A stretch of 64,000 bases of DNA from Candidatus Saccharimonadales bacterium (GCA_041906505.1 JAYRJB010000008.1:72053-136052), one strand, 5' to 3'; counted from the first letter of the stretch, positions 28,265 to 38,067 are shown. The notes: generated from the letters alone by a model not told the origin. Numbers and translations: made by a program.

Positions 28265-28471
28265 ATGGCGACAAAGAGTAACAAAAGAAAATTGGTTGGT
28301 CTTGTTTCTGAAGAAACGGGGCATAGGACCTATTATACGAAAAAGAACCTTCAGAACACCCCGGATAAACTAGAGCTCAGAAAGTATGACCCAATTGCCC
28401 GTCGGCATGTCTTATATGTTGAAACCAAGAAAAATCTTGGCCGAAACGAAGTAAAAGCCCGCAAAAAGTAA
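28265..28471 (+). CDS. rpmG: 50S ribosomal protein L33, Cys-less form
   Basis: 68 aa. ...[34 protein letters not shown] matches the L33 core and contains no Cys. Confidence 0.88.
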   Translation: MATKSNKRKLVGLVSEETGHRTYYTKKNLQNTPDKLELRKYDPIARRHVLYVETKKNLGRNEVKARKK

Positions 28472-28480
28472 ATTTAATTA

Positions 28481-30442
28481 CTATTCGAGCTTTAGGTCTA
28501 GGCTTTCTGTGTCACCTTGTCTGTGTTGTAGGTCAAGCAAAGTGTTTATGTATTCGGCATGACTCCACACAAGTGGTGTGACTGACTTTGGTGTGCCGTC
28601 TAGGGGATTCACTTGCTCTGGAAACATTCCGCTAGGAAGCGCTCGCTCTTCCACCCAGTGGATGAGCTTCTTGGCTGAATCAAACTGACCGGCTCGAATG
28701 AAGTATTGAGCTACCCACAGAGTGGCAATTATCCAGGGGTTAGAAACGTTGTCGGAAACGCGGAAATAGTTATCGCCTTCGTACCTGGGCCACCCCCCCG
28801 ACTCGAGCGAGCTACGGAGACTGCTTATTGTTTGCTCTATGGCATGAGACGGATTTACATCTTTCGGCGAGAAGCCGAATGTCATAACTCCGTACATACT
28901 TGATATGTCGACAGTATTGTCAAAGTCGAGAGAATCAGTTTCTTGGTTGTATAAAAACCCTTTCCGAAAAGTTTGATTGTCAGGATTAACAAATACTGGA
29001 AAGCGATCAACTAGTTTATCGCACGCAGCAGTCCACTTTTCTTTTTGTTCAGACGTTCCAAATTTTTCTGCCAGCTCACTCGCAACCTGTAACCCCGCAA
29101 ATACGGTTGCGGTTGTATACGTCGTGGTAAGAAATTTTTCCTCCCACAAATCATAACTTGCATGAGGCAAATCTGTGCCAGGGTCAATAAAGCTGCTGAG
29201 GAAATCAGCGCATTTGACTACAAGACTTTCGTAGAGTTCTTTTACAAAATCTGCATCCTTACTGTAATCGTAATATTCGCCTAACGCGATAAGTAGGGTC
29301 GCAGTTTCGTCTTCTTGTATGGCCAGTTCTCGGCGCTTTCCATGGACTAAAGGGTGCCAGGTGCTTCCTATGGCGCGGTCTGGCTGGTATTTATGCATTA
29401 AGTAGCCATCTTTTGTTACAAGATCTCGGCAAAACTTGATAAAGGCTTTTGGCTCTTCTGTGTAGCCCAAACGAATTAACGGCCAAATTGCGTAGGCGCC
29501 GTCTCTTGGCCATACATAGCTATAATAGTCTCTTCCGTAGTTATAAATACTACTGTCGCACGAGGCGATAACACCTCCGCGACTGTCGATGTGGGCTTTT
29601 ATGGTCATGAGAGACTTGCGGGCAAGGAATCGCTCTTTTCCTGGTAGTACCGAGAGTCGAGCATCACTTATGGCTAACCACTCTTGCCAATATTGTTCAT
29701 GAATTTTTTGACGCTTATCGAGGCCCTTTCTCATAACTTCGTGAGTGTTGTCGCAGGCATATTGAGAATCGTCCGCAACAACCCAATAGTCTGTCTGGGC
29801 TTCGTCACCTGGCTGTATTTGATAGCAAAAACGAATAACTGAGTCTACGCCGGCGTGTTCGACTGGGTGGTTTGATAATTCTCCGTCCTCAGCATCAACA
29901 TAGGTTCCTGCTTTGCCCTCAATCCCATAGTTTCCAACGGCGTATTGGTCAAATTCCTGGCTGCCGCTACGTCCGCCAATGAGTAAGCAAACTCGACCCT
30001 TGTAATCCAGGATATAGTTTCCATCTGGCTCATATAATGCGGTGTCGCCGCGTCCTGCACTAGAGATTTGAAAGACCTGGTGCATGAACAAACGTATCTC
30101 TTGCAGTGAATCAGTCAAGTTTTTTACATAGATTCTTCTGCACCAAGTGTCATATTCGTGATCGACAAAATCAATGGTGCGCAGCGAGACCCCCAAGACC
30201 TTGTTTGTCATAATGCAGGTTGCGGTAAGTGCGTCCGATGAGAGGTCGACACTGCAATCCCAGGCATCATCGTCCGTCCAGCTAAATGCGCCACCAATCC
30301 AAATACCAATTTTGTGGTGTAGACTCCGAGCGGTGGTAAGATTTTCGAGCCCAACATATGGAAAGTAGAAGTCATGCACATGACCACGCTCGTTGAGTCC
30401 GACTGCTAGGCGGCCATTGCTTAAGATAGCCGATCTTGCCAC
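28481..30442 (-). CDS. glycoside hydrolase family 15 (glucoamylase-like)
   Basis: 653 aa. WPRDGAY motif and an (alpha/alpha)6-type C-terminal region. GTG start overlaps the GH57 stop by 1 nt. Confidence 0.8.
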   Translation of the reverse strand: MARSAILSNGRLAVGLNERGHVHDFYFPYVGLENLTTARSLHHKIGIWIGGAFSWTDDDAWDCSVDLSSDALTATCIMTNKVLGVSLRTIDFVDHEYDTWCRRIYVKNLTDSLQEIRLFMHQVFQISSAGRGDTALYEPDGNYILDYKGRVCLLIGGRSGSQEFDQYAVGNYGIEGKAGTYVDAEDGELSNHPVEHAGVDSVIRFCYQIQPGDEAQTDYWVVADDSQYACDNTHEVMRKGLDKRQKIHEQYWQEWLAISDARLSVLPGKERFLARKSLMTIKAHIDSRGGVIASCDSSIYNYGRDYYSYVWPRDGAYAIWPLIRLGYTEEPKAFIKFCRDLVTKDGYLMHKYQPDRAIGSTWHPLVHGKRRELAIQEDETATLLIALGEYYDYSKDADFVKELYESLVVKCADFLSSFIDPGTDLPHASYDLWEEKFLTTTYTTATVFAGLQVASELAEKFGTSEQKEKWTAACDKLVDRFPVFVNPDNQTFRKGFLYNQETDSLDFDNTVDISSMYGVMTFGFSPKDVNPSHAIEQTISSLRSSLESGGWPRYEGDNYFRVSDNVSNPWIIATLWVAQYFIRAGQFDSAKKLIHWVEERALPSGMFPEQVNPLDGTPKSVTPLVWSHAEYINTLLDLQHRQGDTESLDLKLE

Positions 30443-31644
30443 TAGATTGCCCCTGCACGTAGCCGCACATCGTGCCAGGCATTCATGTAGTAAATAAACG
30501 CGTCATAGGGATTTTCGTAAGGACTGAAGTAGGCGTGAATATCTCCGTCGTTAAACCATTTTGTGCACATGTAATAAAAATGATCTGAGGTTTGGAGCCG
30601 ACGCCAATCTTCGATGAGGTTGTGGTCGCCAGAATGCATAACCGCATCCTTGATTTCGTATATTGCACGTAGCGCTTCTTTCTGCATGTCATTTCCTGTC
30701 CATGCGGAAAGGTCTCTCTCGGTGTCTGCCCAGGTCACTATATTTGGCATGTCAACTTGATCAACCGCCTCATAGCTTTCAGCTGCCTCAGTGACAGTCA
30801 TAAAAGTGTTTTCGTGGGTTGACAACCATTCTTTGGGGAGATGCTCCAAGAAGTCAAAAATACCGGATTCTTGCCATTGGTGTTCCCCAAATGTTTCATA
30901 ATCCATGAAAAGATTAAAGATCGAGGCTTCTCCAGACGCATGAAGCCAATGGGCAAACTTGCTGGCAGTCAGCGGCCATTCAGCCCAGTGCCTATCGCCA
31001 AAACGAAACGCAACATCATCGCTCAGTCTGTAGTTTTTAAGTAGCAGCTTTATGTCGCCCTCGACATAGGTTGGGCGATAGACAAAATTTGGACTTCTCC
31101 ATCCCAATATTGGATCCCACCCTTCCGCCAGAATGGCTTTATAGCCCGCTTTGTCTGCCCACCACGCTAGATCATTGTTGTAGGCAAGCTCGGTGTTTCT
31201 GAAACACTTAGGGGTTTGGCCGAAAACCTCCGCGATTAATTGCTTGTGGCGATTAACTTGATGTTCAAATTCTTCCTTGTCATAAAAAAATGCCAGGCTG
31301 TGGTGATATGTTTCGCCCACAATTTCAACTTTACCTGTCTCGCAAAGGGCCTGAAACGACTGGAGGGCGGCAGGCGACCAGCGCTGCATCTGCTCGATCG
31401 CTGTTCCAGAGATAGATAGACTAAGCTTAAACGCTGGGTATTCACGGAGAAGTCGCAGAAGCCGAGCATTGGTTTGCAGATAGGACTTTTCGGTGACCTT
31501 GTGCAGAATACGCTGGTTGCTCGTTCGATGATCGTATGCACCGTCAAAGTAATTATGATCGTGTCCTACAGAGTAAACAGTATAGTCCCGCACTCGAAAC
31601 GGTTGGTGGACATGAAGATATAGTACAATCGCTTTTTTGCTCAT
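30442..31644 (-). CDS. glycoside hydrolase family 57 (alpha-amylase / 4-alpha-glucanotransferase type)
   Basis: Start set at MSKKAIVLYLHVHQPFRV (ATG at 31644), in an ATGA overlap with the upstream glycosyltransferase. HQP motif. Confidence 0.8.
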   Translation of the reverse strand: MSKKAIVLYLHVHQPFRVRDYTVYSVGHDHNYFDGAYDHRTSNQRILHKVTEKSYLQTNARLLRLLREYPAFKLSLSISGTAIEQMQRWSPAALQSFQALCETGKVEIVGETYHHSLAFFYDKEEFEHQVNRHKQLIAEVFGQTPKCFRNTELAYNNDLAWWADKAGYKAILAEGWDPILGWRSPNFVYRPTYVEGDIKLLLKNYRLSDDVAFRFGDRHWAEWPLTASKFAHWLHASGEASIFNLFMDYETFGEHQWQESGIFDFLEHLPKEWLSTHENTFMTVTEAAESYEAVDQVDMPNIVTWADTERDLSAWTGNDMQKEALRAIYEIKDAVMHSGDHNLIEDWRRLQTSDHFYYMCTKWFNDGDIHAYFSPYENPYDAFIYYMNAWHDVRLRAGAI

Positions 31645-32834
31645 AGTGCAAGCTGTGTTTTCTGTTTGTAAATATCCATAAATATGTGTGCGGCCTTGTC
31701 CCAAGAGTGCTTTGACAGCTCCCCGCGAGCATTATTAATCAGCGCCGACGAAAGGCTTTGGTTTCTGATAACGGCCACAATTTGATCGGTCATTTTGTCT
31801 ATGTCCCAAAAGTCAGCTTTCAAACAATTGCCAAGGACTTCTGAGACACCTGATTGCTTGCTGATTAGCGAGGGAGTGTCATACACAATTGCCTCAAGGG
31901 GTGTGAGTCCGAACGGCTCAGAGACAGAAGGCATGACAAAAAGATCAGCAATGCCAAACGCATCCCTCCATTGTTTTCCGCGCTGAAATCCCACAAAAAG
32001 AACGTTTTTAGAAATTCCGAGCTTTGCACTGAGCTCAATGAGTTCATGATGCTGGTCACCCGCGCCAACCAATAAGAAGATGGTTTTTGGCTCAAATTCC
32101 AAGACCTGCTGGGCCGTAAAGAGCAGATTGCTTAGTCCTTTTTGTACGGTATGGCGCCCCACGTTTGAGACAATTGTGTAGCCATTTGATTTTAGTCTCG
32201 AAAGATATCGATAGGCGTTGTCATTGTCCAGCGCGGGCATAGAATATGCATCAATGCTGTTATGGGCAACATGAATCTTTTCAGCAGAAATCCCATACTC
32301 TTGTACAATTTTTCGTTTTGTGAACTCGCTCACAGCGACAATTTGATCCGCCAGGTGCAGGCCCATCTCTTCAATCTCGTGGACATGCGGGTGACCACTC
32401 TTGTTGCCGGCGCGATCGGACTCTATAGAGTGGATATGTACTATCAATGGTCTGCCACTTAACTCCTTGGCGCGCAAACCTGCCCGAAAAGTGAGCCAGT
32501 CATGAGCGTGGATTACATCATACTCGTCTAATTGTTCAATACGCGCAACGCGATCTGCATAAATGTCTTGGAGTTCAAATATTGAACTTCCTTCGTGTGT
32601 GCCAGCAGGAACAACGCGATCCACCGAATCGTAGATGCCAAGAAATGTGCGGGGCGATGCGATCTTGGCAGAAATCACTCGCATATGTGCACATTCATGA
32701 GTTGCAGTATATGGAACCACGAAAGTAATATCTGCACCTTTTTTTGCGAGCGTCTTGGTGAGCTGGTAGCATGCTACTCCAAGGCCACCACTGTTATGTG
32801 GAGGCAATTCCCACCCGAGCATAAGAACTTTCAT
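31641..32834 (-). CDS. glycogen-synthase-like GT-B glycosyltransferase (GT4/GT5)
   Basis: 397 aa. MKVLMLGWELPPHNSGGLGVACYQL N-terminus and EPFGLTPLEA motif. Confidence 0.75.
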   Translation of the reverse strand: MKVLMLGWELPPHNSGGLGVACYQLTKTLAKKGADITFVVPYTATHECAHMRVISAKIASPRTFLGIYDSVDRVVPAGTHEGSSIFELQDIYADRVARIEQLDEYDVIHAHDWLTFRAGLRAKELSGRPLIVHIHSIESDRAGNKSGHPHVHEIEEMGLHLADQIVAVSEFTKRKIVQEYGISAEKIHVAHNSIDAYSMPALDNDNAYRYLSRLKSNGYTIVSNVGRHTVQKGLSNLLFTAQQVLEFEPKTIFLLVGAGDQHHELIELSAKLGISKNVLFVGFQRGKQWRDAFGIADLFVMPSVSEPFGLTPLEAIVYDTPSLISKQSGVSEVLGNCLKADFWDIDKMTDQIVAVIRNQSLSSALINNARGELSKHSWDKAAHIFMDIYKQKTQLAL

Positions 32835-32893
32835 CGAAAGAGCCTTTTCCTTTTTTTGTCTTGCTTTTTAAGTTAAACCACCTAGATACCATT

Positions 32894-32923
32894 ATTATAA
32901 ACCCCGCAACGGTGTAAGCGCAA
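32894..32923 (-). promoter_or_regulatory. candidate promoter of the glucan operon, overlapped by a palindrome
   Basis: Minus strand: TTGCGC (32923-32918), 18-nt spacer, TATAAT (32899-32894). The inverted repeat AAGCGC-AA-GCGCTT at 32916-32929 covers the -35 box. Confidence 0.45.
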
Positions 32924-32985
32924 GCGCTTTACGGATGTCAATTGCGTATATTTTTTCGACAAATTTTCTGAAAAAGCGTATGAGC

Positions 32986-33312
32986 CTATTTGCGCCTGGC
33001 GACTCTGTACTGCCTTACGGCAAGTTCGGCAAGTAGGCCTTGAGGACTTGCGTCGCGAACCGCTAAAATTGCATCTTGCGTAGTGGTATCGAGCACCTCT
33101 AAGACGTTAAAGTCGATCTCCGAAGCAACAGTTAGAATTGCCAGACTTTGCGCGGCTTCGTTTCCGGCAACTTCTGCGTCGTGCAATCTGTAGTTGTACC
33201 ATGCATCTCTTTGTTGGGCGTGGCCATAGTTGTCAGCCGGATTTGCAGCAAGACCAGGAAAGTCAAACAATTCACCTCTGATCAACTCATGAATTGGTCG
33301 CGTATTGCTCAT
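32986..33312 (-). CDS. hypothetical 108-aa protein
   Basis: The ATG at 33312 has AAGGA 8 nt upstream. The longer TTG start at 33372 is less likely. No family recognised. Confidence 0.4.
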   Translation of the reverse strand: MSNTRPIHELIRGELFDFPGLAANPADNYGHAQQRDAWYNYRLHDAEVAGNEAAQSLAILTVASEIDFNVLEVLDTTTQDAILAVRDASPQGLLAELAVRQYRVARRK

Positions 33313-33403
33313 TCTAGGGTCCTTGATTAATGCAGTGGTTTTAAGTCTAGGCGCGAAACTTTTACCATGCAAGCATAAACATCATCTTTCGCAAGTCTTA
33401 ATC

Positions 33404-33814
33404 TCACTTACGATGACGGGTTTCTCGGAGTATTTTTTCGTAAGAGTTTTTGTCGCCGTATGGCGCAAATTTTTCTTGGTACGCAAAGGCTGGGTTGTCT
33501 GGTTGATTATTATGCTTTACACCACACCAGTAATATTCAGTCCGATGGGCAATTTCGGTGAAGTACATGAACACGCCGTTCGCATAGGCGCAGTACGCGC
33601 AATTAAGCTTATCGATTGGATTAATGTAGCTAAGCTTTCGTCTATCGAGGTTGACATAGTCCCGCAAACGGACTTTTTCAATTCCGTAAATTGGGAATGC
33701 GATAACTTGGTATAACGCCATTAGCGCATGCACAAAAAGTGTCGGTATAAACGGCAGCCAAATAAAGGGGACCGTGATAAGGTGGAGTGCATTTCGTTTA
33801 TTAAAAACTTTCAT
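33404..33814 (-). CDS. hypothetical membrane protein with CAYCAYANG motif
   Basis: 136 aa. N-terminal TM hairpin followed by a Cys/aromatic-rich soluble part. Confidence 0.5.
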   Translation of the reverse strand: MKVFNKRNALHLITVPFIWLPFIPTLFVHALMALYQVIAFPIYGIEKVRLRDYVNLDRRKLSYINPIDKLNCAYCAYANGVFMYFTEIAHRTEYYWCGVKHNNQPDNPAFAYQEKFAPYGDKNSYEKILRETRHRK

Positions 33815-33825
33815 AGCTGTATGCC

Positions 33826-33900
33826 TGGCAGGGGCACGTGGAATCGAACCACGATCTAGGGTTTTGGAGACCCTTATACTAGCCGTTGTACTATGCCCCT
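33826..33900 (-). tRNA. tRNA-Trp (CCA), CCA end encoded
   Basis: Hand-folded: AGGGGCA TA GTAC AACGGCTA GTAT A AGGGT CTCCAAA ACCCT AGAT CGTGG TTCGATT CCACG TGCCCCT G CCA. Confidence 0.88.
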
Positions 33901-33983
33901 CTACGTTGAACTAGTTTAACAGATGGGAACCAAACAAGAAACACTTCCCTAAAGGGCAAAACTCTGGTATACATAGTAGAACA

Positions 33984-34643
33984 ATGTCGGTAAAAAATAC
34001 CCTAACCAAGCCCTTTATAATTATGCTTTTTGGCTTTCCCGGGTCTGGGAAAACAGGCTTTGCAAAGCAATTTGCGGAAACTCTCGGTATTGCTCATCTT
34101 CAAGAAGATCGGATTGCCTCTGAGCTGTTTGGTGAACGTCAACCTGGTGATGACCCTGCGCTGAAGCGAATGATGCATTATGTAACAAAAGAGTTTTTGC
34201 GAGCAGGTGTTCCAGTGGTGTATAACGCTGACGTGCCAAGACTACAAGACCGCAGAGAGTTAAGGGAAATTGCCAAACAACACAAAGCTGGAGCTGTGCT
34301 GGTATGGCTTCAAGTTGATGCTGAGACTGCATTTGCCAGAACTCAAGGAAGAGACCGGCGCAAAGCCGAGGATAAATATGCCAAAGCGTATACACCGGCT
34401 GTTTTTCAGTCTGTGCTTGGAGCAATGCAGAATCCCTCTCATGAAGATTATGTGGTGATCAGTGGGAAACATACGTTTCATACCCAGAGAAATGCAGTTA
34501 TGAAGAAGCTTTACGAGCAAGGAATTGTAACGCCAGAGGAAGCAACCCAAGGAATGGTCAAGCCAGAGCTTGTAAATATTGTCCCGCAATTATCTCTTGG
34601 TGGATCCCAGGAAGTTCCGCGACGAAACATATCAGTTCGATAA
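33984..34643 (+). CDS. P-loop ATPase/kinase (AAA_33 / zeta-toxin-like fold)
   Basis: 219 aa. Walker A motif FGFPGSGKTGFA. Confidence 0.6.
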   Translation: MSVKNTLTKPFIIMLFGFPGSGKTGFAKQFAETLGIAHLQEDRIASELFGERQPGDDPALKRMMHYVTKEFLRAGVPVVYNADVPRLQDRRELREIAKQHKAGAVLVWLQVDAETAFARTQGRDRRKAEDKYAKAYTPAVFQSVLGAMQNPSHEDYVVISGKHTFHTQRNAVMKKLYEQGIVTPEEATQGMVKPELVNIVPQLSLGGSQEVPRRNISVR

Positions 34644-34646
34644 TTC

Positions 34647-35360
34647 ATGCGCAAAACAGAGATTGAGCACCCCAAAATCGGGAAAGTAGTTATTGCCAAG
34701 AAAAAAGGCATGAAGTTGATGCGCATCAGAATTGGCAACAGCAACGAAGTGTTAGTATCGTCTCCTTGGTTTGTCTCAAATCGCTCCATTATGAAATTTG
34801 TTGACGATAAGATAGAGTGGATCACCAAGAATCAAGCTGGTTCGCAGTTGACGCTATATGACGGAATGGGGCTTGGTTCACGTGGGGTACTCAACGTTGA
34901 GCAGGGTGCAAAAACCTTCAAGGCAAAAACGCACGCCGAGGGAGTAGTTGTGTACCTACCTGTTGGTTTGGGGATCAATGACTTCCAAACCAAGATTTCT
35001 GACGCGATAATTACGTACTTAAAGAACGAAACCGAAGCTACTTTGCTGCCAAGATTGCTCGAGCTTTCCACGCAGCACAATTACCATTTTCATCAAGCTC
35101 GAGTCAAAAAGCTAAAAAGCCGTTGGGCGAGCTGCGATCAGTCAAAAAACATTACAATCAATGCATTTCTGGTGCAACTAAACCAAGACCTTGTCGATTA
35201 TGTGCTTTTGCATGAACTCGCCCACACCGCGCACATGAACCATAGTTCTAGGTTTTGGAGCCAGGTATCTCAGACTTGCCCAGAGTACAAAAGACTAAGA
35301 AAAGAACTAAAAGCATTTCGTCCACGACTATACGATCGTTTTAGCTCAAGCGAGTTATAA
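34647..35360 (+). CDS. YgjP-like metal-dependent hydrolase (DUF45 / M48 superfamily)
   Basis: 237 aa. HELAHTAHMNHSSRFW zinc-binding motif near the C-terminus. Starts 3 nt after the kinase stop. Confidence 0.75.
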   Translation: MRKTEIEHPKIGKVVIAKKKGMKLMRIRIGNSNEVLVSSPWFVSNRSIMKFVDDKIEWITKNQAGSQLTLYDGMGLGSRGVLNVEQGAKTFKAKTHAEGVVVYLPVGLGINDFQTKISDAIITYLKNETEATLLPRLLELSTQHNYHFHQARVKKLKSRWASCDQSKNITINAFLVQLNQDLVDYVLLHELAHTAHMNHSSRFWSQVSQTCPEYKRLRKELKAFRPRLYDRFSSSEL

Positions 35361-35374
35361 GGCATAATAGCTTT

Positions 35375-36544
35375 ATGTCAACTTCAAGTGATGCTTCGCA
35401 ACCCAGTGAGCTACAGGCTCTAATTAGAGAGCAGCAAGCAGACTCTCCCGCATCAGCCGCTTTTGAGCGAGAACGACTCCTAAGTCTTATTAACAGTATG
35501 GCCGACGCAGTAATCGCAACCGACGAATATGGCAAGATTATGCTGTACAACGGCGCCGCACTTAACATACTTGACATTAATGCAAATTTACAAAACAAAT
35601 CGATAGATGAGCTGGCGACTATTGTGGATCGAAATAACCAAGTTGTAAATGTCAGCGACTTTGTTACAAAAGTAAAGACACAGATTACTGACAGAGATTT
35701 GCGCATAAAGTATCCAGACGAGAGCTACAGCAATCTCTACATCAGTGTTGCGCCAGTGCGGCTTGGGTTTGGAAAAGAGGGCACAAAAGGCTTTGTCGTG
35801 CTTCTGAGGGATATTACGAGGGAAAAGTCGCTTGAGGAAGAACGAGATGAATTTATTAGCGTGGTAAGCCATGAGCTTCGGACACCAATCGCGATTGCTG
35901 AGGGTAATATTGGCAATGCAGAGTTCATTGTCGACAAGTCTGGAGGAGATGCGAAGATCAAGGATGCGCTAAAGGTTGCCCACGAACAAATTATCTTTTT
36001 GAGTGGCATGATAAATGACCTTGCAACGCTCTCCCGTGCCGAACGCGGAAAACTTACCTTGATTGTGGAGCCAATAAATGTCTATGAATTAATTGAAGAC
36101 TTAGCAAGTACCTATACTCCAGACGCTGAAAAAAAGAACCTACAGCTCAATACCAAGAGTGACCCTGGCCTAGAATTGCTACACTCCAGCCAGTTGTATG
36201 TGAAGGAAATTCTGCAGAATTTTGTTACCAACTCGATTAAGTACACCGAGGAGGGCAGTGTTTCTATTGCTGCCAAGCAAGAAGAAAATGGCGTTAGATT
36301 TGAGGTAAGTGACACCGGGATTGGTATTAGCAAATCCGACCAAGAAAGAGTCTTTGACAAGTTTTTCAGAAGTGAAGATTATAGAACGAGGGCCAATAGC
36401 GGAACGGGGCTTGGATTATATGTGACAATAAAATTAGCACGAATAATTCATGCAGAGATTGATCTTGAAAGCGAACTAAATAAGGGTTCGACGTTTTCGA
36501 TCTTTATACCAAGCCTAGAAGATAGTAATCTTGACAAGAGTTAA
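35375..36544 (+). CDS. cytoplasmic sensor histidine kinase (PAS-HisKA-HATPase_c)
   Basis: 389 aa. H-box SHELRTPI, N-box and G-boxes (DTGIGI, GTGLGL). No TM segment. No response regulator in the window. Confidence 0.85.
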   Translation: MSTSSDASQPSELQALIREQQADSPASAAFERERLLSLINSMADAVIATDEYGKIMLYNGAALNILDINANLQNKSIDELATIVDRNNQVVNVSDFVTKVKTQITDRDLRIKYPDESYSNLYISVAPVRLGFGKEGTKGFVVLLRDITREKSLEEERDEFISVVSHELRTPIAIAEGNIGNAEFIVDKSGGDAKIKDALKVAHEQIIFLSGMINDLATLSRAERGKLTLIVEPINVYELIEDLASTYTPDAEKKNLQLNTKSDPGLELLHSSQLYVKEILQNFVTNSIKYTEEGSVSIAAKQEENGVRFEVSDTGIGISKSDQERVFDKFFRSEDYRTRANSGTGLGLYVTIKLARIIHAEIDLESELNKGSTFSIFIPSLEDSNLDKS

Positions 36545-38067
36545 GTTTTTGGCAGTTTTGGCACAATATTAACCACAGGCAAACAGATGTTTCTTCCTCT
36601 CCATATAACGCTGCCAAATTCATATGCCCACATCGAATAATTGATTGCAACTATTTCCAGAACTACGTTATACGGCAACAGCAAGGCTGCAAGCAATTCG
36701 TTTCTGTCGGTAATCATTTTATAGACTCGCAACTGCGTGAGTATTAGTAAGAGCGAGGAGGTTGCTGAAAGACCGATAATCGCGACGTTGAGCGTTGATA
36801 AACCACCCAGCAGAGTGAGTACTGGGCCAAATAAGAACAGGAAGTACCATGCGGTAGTGAAGGCGATGGTTTCTGGTCTGCGGTGAAGTTCAGGATATCT
36901 AGTTCGGATTGCCGTATTCCACTGCGCCTCCAAACTTTTTACACTGAAAAGGGTAAGCTCATTCGAGGCCCTCAAAAACAAATAATGCATTTTTGTTGCC
37001 AAAGCGATAGCTCTCTCTGGTCTAATATTTTGCCGAAGTCCATGAAATCCACCCAGCTCTTCGAGGTGTTGTTTCTCGATTATCCAGCAAGTGCTCAACA
37101 CCGGGGGGCTTTTATGGGTAGTTCTGGGTATAGCAAGTTCTCGCCAGTATCGCATTGGCTGAAGTAAATAACTTCCGTTCACTCTGTCATTTCGCTTTGG
37201 GAGTACGCTGAGCATCCTCAGTTTTTTCTTAGACATGATCTCGACAAGTTGTCTCAAAAAGGCATTATCCATTCGAACGTCGGTCCCGCAAAAAAGCAAC
37301 ACATCACCACTCGAATTATCAAGTAGTTGCTGGTACGCATACGTTTTTGCAATCCACGGAACGGGAGGAGGGACACCTTTCAAAAAGCGAACGCCTCTAT
37401 GTGCAAAGCTACGAATAATATCCGAAGTCTTGTCCTGGGAACAGTCATCAAGGACAAGTATTTCAAGTTTTGGGTAATTGCTCTCTAAAATGTTTTCTAA
37501 GCAGTCTGTAAGTTCGCTCGTTTCGTTTCTTGCAGGTATTGCGACAGTTAATGTCGGAAGCTCCTCATCGGCAAGATGTCTGTGCAGAGTAGGTGCTGCT
37601 GTAATGCCAAACATGTGTGCGCTTTGGCGATATAAAACAACCGCGACAATGAGTTGGACGATAGCAAAACATAACAATGCGTCTACGAAGTTCACTGCTG
37701 CCTCAACCTTGCTCAAAATCAATATTGCGCCTGTTGCTGTGAGTAAGATTGCTTCACTCCTTAGGGTTATCTGTCTGAGCTGGATCGTGTTAATCCTATT
37801 TTGAGCTATCCTAAGCGAAATGATCACACGGTACGCTTGGGTAAAAATGAACAAAAAACCAATTATTACCGGTTCAGAAGTGATAAATATACCAACAAGA
37901 ACCCCGATAATTGCGCAATTAATATAGGCAAAAAATCGTCTGTAATTCCACAATATTTTGGTAAGCGGCAACAACGACAGCAACGTAGTTAGCGCAAAAA
38001 GCACCAGCTTTGTTGTTTCGATATTGTTTTCGATAAAGAATTTTTCCATGTTTATTCTGCCCACCAC
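36541..38067 (-). CDS. membrane-embedded family 2 glycosyltransferase
   Basis: 508 aa. N- and C-terminal TM bundles flank a GT-A core (LTVAIPARNE, VLDDCSQD). Confidence 0.75.
   Translation of the reverse strand: MVGRINMEKFFIENNIETTKLVLFALTTLLSLLPLTKILWNYRRFFAYINCAIIGVLVGIFITSEPVIIGFLFIFTQAYRVIISLRIAQNRINTIQLRQITLRSEAILLTATGAILILSKVEAAVNFVDALLCFAIVQLIVAVVLYRQSAHMFGITAAPTLHRHLADEELPTLTVAIPARNETSELTDCLENILESNYPKLEILVLDDCSQDKTSDIIRSFAHRGVRFLKGVPPPVPWIAKTYAYQQLLDNSSGDVLLFCGTDVRMDNAFLRQLVEIMSKKKLRMLSVLPKRNDRVNGSYLLQPMRYWRELAIPRTTHKSPPVLSTCWIIEKQHLEELGGFHGLRQNIRPERAIALATKMHYLFLRASNELTLFSVKSLEAQWNTAIRTRYPELHRRPETIAFTTAWYFLFLFGPVLTLLGGLSTLNVAIIGLSATSSLLLILTQLRVYKMITDRNELLAALLLPYNVVLEIVAINYSMWAYEFGSVIWRGRNICLPVVNIVPKLPKT

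Noticed and set aside
31645-31704. A 20-codon N-terminal extension of the GH57 ORF (MGQGRTHIYGYLQTENTACT).
   Set aside because: It lies inside the upstream glycosyltransferase gene. The ATG at 31644 forms an ATGA stop/start overlap and begins the conserved MSKKAIVLYLHVHQP N-terminus.
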